A stretch of 64,000 nucleotides of DNA, from positions 22,761 through 86,760 of the forward strand of contig DEIU01000102.1 of assembly GCA_002352645.1 (NCBI GenBank), given 5' to 3'. Position numbers and translations under genes: made by a program. The DNA comes from Acidimicrobiia bacterium UBA2766. Its GTDB lineage: Bacteria > Actinomycetota > Acidimicrobiia > UBA2766. Each line of letters starts with the position of its first letter. Positions within the stretch are counted from its first letter, which is position 1. Below the pieces are notes generated by a model that was given only the letters and a program-made list of their open reading frames with translations, searched no databases and was not told where the DNA came from. This document shows positions 39,191 to 48,800 of this stretch, one piece after another.

Positions 39191-39892
39191 ATGACTGATC
39201 AATTTGGGGCAGGGTGGAAGGATCGTCTGCTGGGAGTGCTGCAAAAATTACATTCCCCGGCGAACCCTGCAGATATGTCGCAGCGAGTGTCTCTTTGTCG
39301 CGAGGCCCTTTCTCTTCTTCCTTCTGATGTTGATCCCGGGTTTTGGGCGGCATTGCACGCGGAACTGGGCAACAGCTTGATGCAAGATCCGTCAGGTGAT
39401 CGAGCGGAGCATCTTGAACAGGCGATTCGTTGTCATAAGGCAGCTCTGCGGGTATGGCATCGAGAGATTGCTCCTCATGAGTGGGCGATGGTGCAAAACA
39501 ATCTGGGTATCGCGTATCGGGGCCGGATTGTCGGTGAGCAGGCAACAAATACGGAGACGGCGATTTCTTGTTATCAAGATGCGCTACGAGTGTGGACACA
39601 AGATGCTACTCCGCGGGAATGGGCAATGGCACAGCACAATCTGGGCACTGGATATTGGGAGCGGAGTCTGGGTGCGCGTGCAGGCAATATCGAGAAAGCG
39701 ATCTCCTACTACAGGAATGCATTGCGCGTCTGGACATGGGAAACGTTCCCCGAGGAGTGGGTAATGGCGAAGAACAGCCTGGGTAATGCATATTGGGACC
39801 GGCGACAGGGCGATTTTGTAGAGAATGTTGAAGAGGCTGTGCGCTGCCGTGAAGCCGTTTTGCGGGCGTGGGGGCAGGACACCCCAGCTTAA
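39191..39892 (+). CDS. tetratricopeptide-repeat protein
   Basis: At least four roughly 46-aa repeats (EWAMxxNNLGxxYxxR...AIxxYxxALRVWT). ATG at 39191 with GAGGGTGG RBS. Confidence 0.7.
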   Translation: MTDQFGAGWKDRLLGVLQKLHSPANPADMSQRVSLCREALSLLPSDVDPGFWAALHAELGNSLMQDPSGDRAEHLEQAIRCHKAALRVWHREIAPHEWAMVQNNLGIAYRGRIVGEQATNTETAISCYQDALRVWTQDATPREWAMAQHNLGTGYWERSLGARAGNIEKAISYYRNALRVWTWETFPEEWVMAKNSLGNAYWDRRQGDFVENVEEAVRCREAVLRAWGQDTPA

Positions 39893-40007
39893 TTCTGGAT
39901 TCTTGTGACTTTGCACGATGCCAGAGTGAAAGAAAAAATAGTTTGAGAAAGAAGCACAGCATTTGCTGAAGACCTGGGCAGGATGAACGGAGTGACGGGG
40001 GCGCGTC

Positions 40008-41390
40008 TCAAGAGAATTGGGCGTGTTTTTCGCCGTTGGGGTGCTTGGGCGCTTTGAGAGACCACCCTTTCGGAGGATGGACAAAACCCCGTCTGAGGAT
40101 GGCCTGGACCACTCGTCGTACCGCAATGTCGTAGCAAACCTGGCGGAAAGAGTGGTTTTCTTTCTCCTCTTCTTTGAAATGTGCGCTGGCGTGACGGTAG
40201 GCCTTGAGAATTGTTTCGTCGAGTTCTCTTTCAAAACGCGACAAACCCCAACGGTATTGCTGGATATTCAGTGTCCACTCGAAATAGGAGCCGATCACTC
40301 CGCCTGCATTGGCAAGAATATCCGGGATAACCAACGTCCCACGGGAACGAAGGTCCTGATCCGCTAATGGCGTGACTGGATGATTTGCTGCTTCCACGAC
40401 CATGCGCGTTTTCACCTTGTCGGAGTTTGACATCGTGATGACATTGCCGATTGCCGCAGGGATGAGAATGTCGCATTCGAGCGAGAGCAGATTTTCGTTT
40501 GTGATGAGATCGCCGGTTTTGAAATCGTAGACAGTGCCGCCATTGTCAAGCCGGCTAATCTCGTGCTTCACATCGATGCCCTTGTTGTCATAACGGGCAC
40601 ATGTGATATCGGAGATTGCGATGATCTTGGCACCGCGTGCTTGCAGCTCAAGCGCTGTGAAACGCCCTACATTCCCAAAACCTTGCACAGCAACGCGCGC
40701 GTTTTCCAGGGGGATGTTCCAGTTTTCACAGGCGGCAGCGGTGATGACTGCGACGCCATGTCCGGTCGCTCCCTCTCGGCCAGGAGTGCCTCCGAGCTCG
40801 ACGGGTTTTCCTGTGACCGCTGCCGGAGTAAACCCATTTCGTTTTGAGTACTCGTCGAACATCCACGCCATAGTTTGGGCGTTGCTTCCCATGTCGGGAG
40901 CGGGAATATCGCGGTGTGGCCCGAGGATGTGGGCGACTGCCATGGTGAAACGTCGAGTGATTTGTTCGAGTTCCTGCTCACTGTATGCGTTGGGGTCAAT
41001 TGCGATACCGCCTTTTGCCCCACCAAATGGCACGTTAACGAGGGCACACTTCCAGGTCATCAACATGGCAAGCGCGCGTACTTCTTCTTGGTCAGCCTCT
41101 GGGTGGTACCGGATACCTCCCTTGTAGGGGCCGCGGGCACCATTGTGTTGGACCCGGTACCCACGAATAACGTCGATTTCTCCGTCAGGAGGCCGTTCCA
41201 GTGGAATATGTACAGAAATTTCTCGATAAGGGTTGGCAAGAACTCGCTGGATTGACTCATGCAGCTCATTGTTTTCTGCTGCCTTTTTGAAAAACTGCTG
41301 CGCAGCTTCAAGGGGGGTGAGCTCAACCAGAGCTTGTGCTGAAGTTTTGTCGATAATTTTCGGGGTAGAGCGGGCTGAAGAGGAAGTCAT
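40008..41390 (-). CDS. gdhA: glutamate dehydrogenase (Glu/Leu/Phe/Val dehydrogenase family)
   Basis: KCALVNVPFGGAKGG catalytic motif. GFGNVG Rossmann motif. Confidence 0.9.
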   Translation of the reverse strand: MTSSSARSTPKIIDKTSAQALVELTPLEAAQQFFKKAAENNELHESIQRVLANPYREISVHIPLERPPDGEIDVIRGYRVQHNGARGPYKGGIRYHPEADQEEVRALAMLMTWKCALVNVPFGGAKGGIAIDPNAYSEQELEQITRRFTMAVAHILGPHRDIPAPDMGSNAQTMAWMFDEYSKRNGFTPAAVTGKPVELGGTPGREGATGHGVAVITAAACENWNIPLENARVAVQGFGNVGRFTALELQARGAKIIAISDITCARYDNKGIDVKHEISRLDNGGTVYDFKTGDLITNENLLSLECDILIPAAIGNVITMSNSDKVKTRMVVEAANHPVTPLADQDLRSRGTLVIPDILANAGGVIGSYFEWTLNIQQYRWGLSRFERELDETILKAYRHASAHFKEEEKENHSFRQVCYDIAVRRVVQAILRRGFVHPPKGWSLKAPKHPNGEKHAQFS

Positions 41391-41413
41391 AAGGCTATTT
41401 GTCCTGTAGGAGA

Positions 41414-41740
41414 TCAGTGCTCTTTCTCGCTGCCGGCCAGAACGGTTTTGGCTCGTTGGGAAGCGGAAGCGTATTGGGTAGCCAAGATGGAAGCGGGGGA
41501 TGACGCTATTTTCCAGGAAGCAGGCCGGGCAATGAGTCGTACAGCGGGAGGGAACCCTGTGTCTTCTTCGGCATTTTCTCTTTTTAAGAGGATCCTGATT
41601 TCTGTGAAATTGGCCATCTCTCCAAAAAAGTTTGCTGTGGGTTCGTTTGAAAAATCAGGAAGTGCGGGTGTCTGCAGGTCTTTTTCGGGATCAGGTGGAA
41701 GAAGTGTTTCGAGCGGGGAGACAGAAAGAGATTCGTTCAC
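41414..41740 (-). CDS. hypothetical small protein (108 aa)
   Basis: Sits between the helicase and gdhA on the same strand. Its start overlaps the helicase stop (ATGA). Confidence 0.4.
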   Translation of the reverse strand: MNESLSVSPLETLLPPDPEKDLQTPALPDFSNEPTANFFGEMANFTEIRILLKRENAEEDTGFPPAVRLIARPASWKIASSPASILATQYASASQRAKTVLAGSEKEH

Positions 41741-44718
41741 AACACTGCCCTCTCTTCGAGAGCAATCAAGGCTTCGAGTTCATCGTTTGATAACTCGGTT
41801 ACCCAGTTGTTTGCAGGACGGAGCACATGATCGGCGAGTTTTCGTTTTCGAGTAAGTAACTCATCGATGCGCTCTTCGAGTGTTCCTAAACAAACAAGTT
41901 TATGAACCCAAACGTCTTGTGTTTGCCCGATGCGGTGTGCGCGGTCTGTTGCTTGATCCTCTACTGCGGGATTCCACCAGCGATCGTAATGGAAAACGCG
42001 ATTTGCTGCGGAGAGGTCAAGGCCGAGTCCTCCTGCTTTGAGTGACACAATGAAGACATCGGGACCTTCAGGGTCATTTTGGAAAGCGAGCGTGAGCTTG
42101 TCGCGTTTTTCCTGTGTGAGTCCGCCGTGAAAAAAAGGAACCTTTCCTAGGGCTTCTGAAAGGATATGGCCCATTTTTACGTATTGGGTAAAAATGAGAG
42201 ACCGATCTCCGCTTTGTCGGACTTCTGCAACGAGGTCAAGTAGGGTGTTCAACTTTCCAGAACCGTTTTCACCATATTTCTTGAGAGCAAGGGCGGCATT
42301 TTTTCCCTTTTCGACAAGAGAAGTGTGGTCGCAGAGCTGTTTCAGACGGGTGAGTAGGGCGAGGATCTGTCCTCTTCGAGCCATCCCATCGATAGACCGT
42401 ACGCGTGCCATTCCGGCCTGTGCGACAGTGCGGTAGAGGTCGGCTTGTTCAGAAGTGAGATTGCAGAAAATAGTGGTCTCGTGTTTATCGGGAAGATCGG
42501 GGACGATGTCGGGGTCGGATTTTCGCCGTCTCAACAGGAAAGGCGCGGTGATCTGGCGTAGACGTGTCGCCGTTGCCGTGTCGTTGTTGCGTTCGATGGG
42601 GACCGAGAAACGTTGCCGGAAGGAAGTGGGGTTGCCCAAGAGTCCGGGGTTGCAGAAATCCAGGATGGACCATAGGTCGAGAAGATGATTTTCGACGGGA
42701 GTTCCAGTGAGCGCAAGGCGGGAGTTTGCCGAAGCGCCCACAGCTCGTGCTGCTCGTGCTGTGTCGGTCAATGGGTTTTTCATATTCTGTGCTTCATCCA
42801 AGATGACGCGTCGCCAGTGGACTTGTGTGAGAAGCTTACTGTCTTTACGAAGGATAGTGTACGTAGTCAGAACAATATGGCGAGGAGTGACGGCCGGGAT
42901 AAAGGACTCGGGATCAGCGAATCGCTGGGGGCTATGGTGCCGGAGCACTTCGAGAGTAGGGGCGAAACGGTTGATTTCTCGTTCCCAGTTCCCCAGGACG
43001 CTTGTTGGGCAGACAACAAGCGTCGGACCCGTATCGTGCAGCATGAGAGCAATGGCTTGTACGGTTTTGCCCAATCCCATATCGTCAGCCAGACAACCGC
43101 TGAAACCGTTCTTGTCCAACCAAATGAGCCAGGCGAAACCGCGGGCTTGATAGGGGCGGAGAGAACCGGTGAAATCTGGCGGAACCGTCTGTTCTCCGTA
43201 CTCTTGCAGGCGTAGAATTTGCGCAAGCCGCGCGACTTCTCCTGTGCCGACGACCTCGATAGTGTCGATTCCATCGAGGCTGAGTTCTCCTGTGAGCACT
43301 GCTGCGATGACTTCGCCGGGTCCCATTTTTGGTGGCGGCCCTTTGATGCGCTCTTGTACACGGTTGAGTTCGATAGGGTCGAAAGTCACCCATTTATCGC
43401 CGAGCTGCAGGACAGGAAATGTCGTCTCTGTAATGGCTCGCGTGTCGCTTTCACTCAGCAGAATATCACCGAGCAGGAGTTCCCATGTCGAAGTGAAGGG
43501 TTCCGGGTCTGAGAAAGGGTCGTGCGGCTGTGCGTGTGTTGTGCCGGCATCCGCGCGAAGCCGGAGTCGAAGCTGGGTTTGTTCTTCCAGTCTGAGGGAA
43601 TCGGGAAGTTCCGTGCTTGTGTTTTTTGTGAAGAATCCACGGTGGGAAGCTTCGATGTACGCCCAGGCACCTGCAGTGTCAAGGGCGAGTGAAGATGGTT
43701 TGCCTTTGCGTGTGCGCGCAGAGAGTTCCTTGGGGAGAACGGTTTGTAGCTGTTCGAGAAGATCCTCAAGCGCAAGGCGTTGGTCCTCGCTGCCTTCTTC
43801 CCAGACTTCTGCAGCGGGGATCAGGGTTTCCGGCTCGTCTTCAGATTGCAGATAGAACGAGAGAAGCCATTGCAGTGTGTCCTGGGTGTCCGCGTCTTGT
43901 GGCAGGGTTGTTGGTGTTGTCGCTGTTTCCAGGAATTCTGCGGAAAGGATTTCGTCCTGCGCGGTGTCTTTTGTTGGCGTTGTGAGCTGTGCAACCGCGG
44001 TCCAGGACTGTTGAGGCTTGGGCTCTCGCAGCCAGTGCAGAACTTCTTCTGCCAGAGGGACGGAAGAGAGATACAAGTCGTATCCAGGTGGTTCGCTCAA
44101 GTGTTCAACAAGATCAGCCTCCCAACCGTGTAAAACCCTGTTGGCAGGGGCCGCGCGCCGTACGAGAGAGTCAGTGGCGTCTGCGAGAAACGCTTTCAGG
44201 ACAGCAGCACGTTTTTTTTCTGCATCTTGCGTGTCTGCCTCTGGGAAAAAAGCCTGATCAGGATCGGGCAGACTGCAGTAACAGGCGCCTGGCATGTTGC
44301 GCGAGAGCATGCGTTCTCGTTTGCGGTCAGATGATTGGTCAAAAAGCAGTTTCCATGAGATTTGCACAGAAGTCTGTCTTTTCCCAGGCACAGAGACTGG
44401 CAAGAAGCGTCCGCGAGAAATCATATCGAGCAGCGCACGGGAGGCGAGTCCCCAGAAATGTGCAGAAGGAGACCGGAGCAGAGGAGGCGGTGCGGCGAGA
44501 AGTTCGGCAGCGTCGCCGGCTTCGAGCATGATGCCGCGAATTTCTTTTTGTTGCAGTTCTGATGTGGAGAGGGGAAGTAAGAGGGAAACGCTGATTGGCT
44601 GGGTGTTTGGCCATGTCGGAGGCTCTGTTGAAAGGTCGCGGTGCCAGAGAAACATGCGACGATGGCTTGGTAGATAGGTGGCTTCAAGGAGAGCCAAAGT
44701 TGTTACGCCTTGTGTCAT
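41737..44718 (-). CDS. SNF2-family helicase with N-terminal SNF2-associated domain
   Basis: LADDMGLGKT (motif I). DEAQNMKN (II). LALTGTPVENHL. The C-terminal helicase motifs are present. Confidence 0.85.
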   Translation of the reverse strand: MTQGVTTLALLEATYLPSHRRMFLWHRDLSTEPPTWPNTQPISVSLLLPLSTSELQQKEIRGIMLEAGDAAELLAAPPPLLRSPSAHFWGLASRALLDMISRGRFLPVSVPGKRQTSVQISWKLLFDQSSDRKRERMLSRNMPGACYCSLPDPDQAFFPEADTQDAEKKRAAVLKAFLADATDSLVRRAAPANRVLHGWEADLVEHLSEPPGYDLYLSSVPLAEEVLHWLREPKPQQSWTAVAQLTTPTKDTAQDEILSAEFLETATTPTTLPQDADTQDTLQWLLSFYLQSEDEPETLIPAAEVWEEGSEDQRLALEDLLEQLQTVLPKELSARTRKGKPSSLALDTAGAWAYIEASHRGFFTKNTSTELPDSLRLEEQTQLRLRLRADAGTTHAQPHDPFSDPEPFTSTWELLLGDILLSESDTRAITETTFPVLQLGDKWVTFDPIELNRVQERIKGPPPKMGPGEVIAAVLTGELSLDGIDTIEVVGTGEVARLAQILRLQEYGEQTVPPDFTGSLRPYQARGFAWLIWLDKNGFSGCLADDMGLGKTVQAIALMLHDTGPTLVVCPTSVLGNWEREINRFAPTLEVLRHHSPQRFADPESFIPAVTPRHIVLTTYTILRKDSKLLTQVHWRRVILDEAQNMKNPLTDTARAARAVGASANSRLALTGTPVENHLLDLWSILDFCNPGLLGNPTSFRQRFSVPIERNNDTATATRLRQITAPFLLRRRKSDPDIVPDLPDKHETTIFCNLTSEQADLYRTVAQAGMARVRSIDGMARRGQILALLTRLKQLCDHTSLVEKGKNAALALKKYGENGSGKLNTLLDLVAEVRQSGDRSLIFTQYVKMGHILSEALGKVPFFHGGLTQEKRDKLTLAFQNDPEGPDVFIVSLKAGGLGLDLSAANRVFHYDRWWNPAVEDQATDRAHRIGQTQDVWVHKLVCLGTLEERIDELLTRKRKLADHVLRPANNWVTELSNDELEALIALEERAVL

Positions 44719-44943
44719 GGGGAGACCGTCGCATATATCTCGGCATATCTTGTCATGAGAGGACGCTCCGGTACTCCACTGTTGGATTCTCTAAGGGGGG
44801 GATGGTTATGGCTCGTAAGAGGAAGCTAGAGCGTGTTTTCTAGCACGGGGAAGAGACCGTGAAGAACCAGAGCAGAATTCTGGTCCGGGGGTTTTCCCAT
44901 TTTGGGGTTTACTATCTCGTTACCTGTCTGGATTGGAGATGTG

Positions 44944-45426
44944 CTATCGGGCAGGAATGGTATATCGTTTTCCTGGCACCATGTATGAATCTTCGTTGAG
45001 ACCATTGGCCTTCAGGATCAATGGGTAGAATTTGCCATCTCCATACAAAGTCGCTGCCACTGCCCAGAAGGTATCGCCCTCTTTTGCAACATAAGTTCGT
45101 TGCGTAGGCTGTTTTTTCGGGGGGGCAGGACGACTGCTGGGCGGTAAGGATGAGAGAAGCTGCGCGTCTTCAGTCTTCTCAGGCTTACTGTCGTTCTTGT
45201 CTTGCGTAGCTCCTTTGCTTGCTCTGTTGTCTACTCCAATTTCCGTCTTTTCTGTTTGATGGTGACGAAGTTCAGCGCGGGCGTCTGCAAGTTCGCTTAC
45301 CACTTGTTTGTGAGCTTTGATGGAGATGCCTTCACCTCCAGAACTTCCGAGAAGAAAGCCAAGAGCAAACATAAGAATGAGCACTCCGCCCCAAGCGGCG
45401 GTGCGGATCCAGATTATCGACCCCAT
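44944..45426 (-). CDS. LysM-domain membrane-anchored protein
   Basis: N-terminal TM helix. C-terminal LysM (YVAKEGDTFWAVAATLYGDG...YTIP). Confidence 0.7.
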   Translation of the reverse strand: MGSIIWIRTAAWGGVLILMFALGFLLGSSGGEGISIKAHKQVVSELADARAELRHHQTEKTEIGVDNRASKGATQDKNDSKPEKTEDAQLLSSLPPSSRPAPPKKQPTQRTYVAKEGDTFWAVAATLYGDGKFYPLILKANGLNEDSYMVPGKRYTIPAR

Positions 45427-45573
45427 ATGAGCCTCTAATGTGAAGGCAGACAGAACAAGGAAGAATAGCCGTAATGCTGATCTGCACGTCTGATAAAGAG
45501 CGCGCTCCTCAGCCTACAGGATTCTGCAAGCTGTCATCTTCTCTTTGATCTCTGCACCGACTAGATATTGCTG

Positions 45574-45918
45574 TTATCTCGCGAGTTGTCGTATCTTCGC
45601 GACGAGTTTTTCGTCAGGGACAAGTCGTAAGAGAGATTCCCATGAGTAGATGCCTGTGTTGTGGCTATCACTGAAGGCCAGTAAGACACCATAGTTGCCC
45701 GTGAGTTCTGCGTCGACAACCGATATTGTCTCCGGGACGGTGGAATCATCGAGGAGAACTTTTCCCGTCATTTCGCTTACACATGCAGCGCAACGGCAGG
45801 CGAGTCGGAGGGAGCGAGCAGAAAAATCTGTCACAAGGGAACCCTCCTCGTCCCAGACACACCGGAACAAGGTGGGAGCGGGTAGTTCCAACGAAAGAGG
45901 GACTGGTGTGCGCGCCAT
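45574..45918 (-). CDS. DUF971-family protein (gamma-butyrobetaine hydroxylase-like N-terminal domain)
   Basis: LRLACRCAACVSEMTG cysteine motif. Confidence 0.6.
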   Translation of the reverse strand: MARTPVPLSLELPAPTLFRCVWDEEGSLVTDFSARSLRLACRCAACVSEMTGKVLLDDSTVPETISVVDAELTGNYGVLLAFSDSHNTGIYSWESLLRLVPDEKLVAKIRQLAR

Positions 45919-45946
45919 CGTCTTATTTTTGCGTGTAGTGCTTCAT

Positions 45947-47023
45947 TCAGCAAATCCGCCGTACAGTGGCATAGGGATTGACCGCGCTGCTGCTGTTCCG
46001 GTGGATTTCAAAGTGGGTGTGCGGGGCAGTGCGGGAGGCGTTTCCAGTGCTCCCCACATAACCGATGAGCTCTCCGGCGGTCACGCGCTGGCCTTTGACG
46101 ACTGTGTTCCGGGAATTGTGTGCGTAGTAGTAAGAGTGGCCGTCGTCGCCTTTGAGCCAGATTGTGACACCACCGAGGCCGCTGCTGCGGGTGCGGTCGA
46201 TCACGCCGCTGGTGATGGCGGCGAGGGGTGTGCCGTGGGGGGACATCATGTCGACCCCTTTATGGCGACGCCCACCGCTGCGGGCGAAACCCCAGGAGTC
46301 GATAAAACTGACAGGCCCGTTTACCGGGCAGTGTAATCCATCGCTTGTCACATGCCAGGCTTTTCCTGTGCTTTTGGCTCGAAGCTGTCCTGCTCTGCGT
46401 ACTGCTTGTTCTTGAGCCCGCTTTTTCTCAAGCCGCTTTTTGGCGTTTTGGGCGCTGCGGAGCGCGGCGAAAAGCTGATTGGATTCATGCTCGATTTCTT
46501 TGCGCAGCGAAGCCAGCGTCTTTTTTTCTTCGAGAAGTTCATGGTGCTGGATTCGTAAATCCTGTTTTACGGACTCGATGTCTTGTATGTGCTTGTGGTC
46601 GGCACCGACAACAGAGTCGATATAGGTGTTTTGTCGGTCGTATTCAGCGAGGTCTTGCGCACCTTTGCCAAGATAAATGAGGATTGTGGTGTCTCCCGAG
46701 TTTTTATACGCGCTGACGGCCCGTTGCCGGATGATCTGAGTCAGAACTTGTTGTCGGTGTTCGAGACCCAAGATTTTTTTTTCTGTGCGCGAAATTTCCT
46801 GACGGGATTTTTCTTCTGCGTGGCGGATTGCTTCGAGACGGGCTGCTGCTTCGTCGGCGCGCAGGCGAGCAGCATTGATCTCTGCTGCGGCCTGTCCAAT
46901 GTCGTCTGCACTGATCGCTGTACTGACTGCTGTGTGGATAGTGCCGTGGGCGGCGTGAGGAGAAAAGGCGCAGAGAGCGAGAAATAGAGAAATCGGTAAA
47001 ACACAGGAGAAGTGTTGTGGCAT
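45947..47023 (-). CDS. M23 family metallopeptidase with coiled-coil N-terminal region (EnvC-like), paralog 1
   Basis: Signal peptide, coiled coil, then HKGVDM ... HTHFEIH LytM motifs. Confidence 0.8.
   Translation of the reverse strand: MPQHFSCVLPISLFLALCAFSPHAAHGTIHTAVSTAISADDIGQAAAEINAARLRADEAAARLEAIRHAEEKSRQEISRTEKKILGLEHRQQVLTQIIRQRAVSAYKNSGDTTILIYLGKGAQDLAEYDRQNTYIDSVVGADHKHIQDIESVKQDLRIQHHELLEEKKTLASLRKEIEHESNQLFAALRSAQNAKKRLEKKRAQEQAVRRAGQLRAKSTGKAWHVTSDGLHCPVNGPVSFIDSWGFARSGGRRHKGVDMMSPHGTPLAAITSGVIDRTRSSGLGGVTIWLKGDDGHSYYYAHNSRNTVVKGQRVTAGELIGYVGSTGNASRTAPHTHFEIHRNSSSAVNPYATVRRIC
46003..46332. repeat. copy A of a ~330-bp segmental duplication (3' end of M23 gene 1), near-identical to 47288..47617
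   Basis: Direct comparison shows stretches of 70-95 bp that are 100% identical. Confidence 0.85.
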
Positions 47024-47225
47024 CTTCGGCTCGGATTTTCATCTCGGGAAAGCTGATGCCGGGAAGTGATGCGTTGTGGTGTGCGGAGCAGTGCCGGCAG
47101 ACAGCACTGGAAATTATGGTTTGCTGGTCACGATGTCAACGACCCTTGGCAAATTCCTCTGTTTTTGTGCTTTCCGCAGCTGGTTGTGCCTGCTATCGAC
47201 ACTATTACAGATGTTAGTGTTGACG

Positions 47226-48230
47226 TTACTGCCGGCACAGAGGACGTACCCACTGATAGGGGTTCACTGCTCTTCCCCCGTTTGGATGGATTTCAAAGTG
47301 CACGTGAGGCGCTGTGGATCTGGCGTTTCCGGTGTTGCCGACATAGGCAAGGAGTTGTCCGGCGATGACGCGCTGGCCTTTGACGACTGTGTTCCGGGAA
47401 TTGTGTGCGTAGTAGTAAGAGTGGCCGTCGTCGCCTCTGAGCCAGAATGTGATGCCGCCGAGGCCGCCATTGCCGATGCGGTCGATCACGCCGCTGGTGA
47501 TGGCGACGAGGGGAGTGCCGTGGGGAGACATCATGTCGACCCCTTTATGGCGACGCCCACCGCTGCGGGCGAAACCCCAGGAGTCGATAAAACTGACAGG
47601 CCCGTTTACTGGGCAGTAGCGCCCTTCGATAGGGATCCGTCCATAATAGTTATATTCGTTTCCCTGTATTTTTGCATACTCTTTTTTGGCGGCGGCGAGA
47701 TTTTCTTTGATGCGCTGAGATTCCCGTTCGAGGTTTTTGCGGGCTTGCGCGAGCTCCTTTTGGCGAGCCAGGTTGACTTTTTTGATGACCCGTAGTTCTT
47801 CTTTCACCCTTGTGTACTCTCCGAGGGTGTCCGTGTCACTTTTTATGACGGTCTCAAGATAGGTTGTGCGCCGATCGTATTCGGTAATATCCGCAGCGTC
47901 AGAGGTGAGGAAGCTGAGTGACAGGGGGTCTCCACTTCCCTTGTACATCTCAATAGCTCTGCGGCGAACAAGCTCTGTGAGCTTGTCCTCTTTTTCTTCC
48001 AATAGGTCGACTTTTGCTTTTGCTTCGAGAATTTCTTTGCGGGCGGTATCTTCCCAGCTCTGAATAGCCTCGAATTCTTTTACGGCTTCGTCTGCTTCTG
48101 CTTCGTGTTTTTTGATTTTTGCTTTTATGTCATCAATTTCTGCAGCAGAAGAGATTGGGTTGCCGTGAAGTGACAGAACCCCAAGCGTGACGAGCAGAGT
48201 CATAGTGAGAAAAGCGATGCGTCGTAACAT
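47226..48230 (-). CDS. M23 family metallopeptidase with coiled-coil N-terminal region, paralog 2
   Basis: Same LytM motifs. Start re-placed at the signal-peptide Met (MLRRIAFLTMTLL...); the ORF track extends to 48341. Confidence 0.8.
   Translation of the reverse strand: MLRRIAFLTMTLLVTLGVLSLHGNPISSAAEIDDIKAKIKKHEAEADEAVKEFEAIQSWEDTARKEILEAKAKVDLLEEKEDKLTELVRRRAIEMYKGSGDPLSLSFLTSDAADITEYDRRTTYLETVIKSDTDTLGEYTRVKEELRVIKKVNLARQKELAQARKNLERESQRIKENLAAAKKEYAKIQGNEYNYYGRIPIEGRYCPVNGPVSFIDSWGFARSGGRRHKGVDMMSPHGTPLVAITSGVIDRIGNGGLGGITFWLRGDDGHSYYYAHNSRNTVVKGQRVIAGQLLAYVGNTGNARSTAPHVHFEIHPNGGRAVNPYQWVRPLCRQ
47288..47617. repeat. copy B of the ~330-bp segmental duplication
   Basis: See copy A. Confidence 0.85.
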
Positions 48231-48800
48231 TTTCGGATCTCCAGAGGGGAGCCGACGACAGGGAAATGAATAATAGCTTTGATAGGTATTGTCCGCCTCA
48301 CCTAGCAATTTACCGATAACGCTAAGCTGATTGCAATGCATCCCATAAAGTAAAAAAGAGATTTATGGTTTTTTCCAGGAAGCTATTGCGTTCGCGGAAG
48401 ATACCATTGGAATTTTAGTGTCTCACTTCCATGCATGGGTGTGGTGCGCGCTCCGTGTGTGTTCCGGAAAAAGGAACATGGCGTGATGCAGTGTGGGAAT
48501 GAGAGCGTAGGGGCGATTCGGCGATTGTCGTCAACTATTGTCATCAACCGTTGAGGTTGCGTGCTCATCGGGAAGATCGCGGGAAAAGCGCTTGCCGTAT
48601 TGCACCTCGTCAAAGGTACTTTACTTGGAACTCCGCGACGAGATGTTTTTCCGTGCGAGCGACGGTGTTTCTTTTTGAGGAAACAATTTTCCTTTTCACC
48701 AGTACTGAGTCTGCCAGAAAAACCCGCGGGATGTAGAAGTGTTCCTTAAAGTGGTTTGCTGATTTTGGGAATGAAGGTGGGCGAGGAAAGAGGGCGCGAA

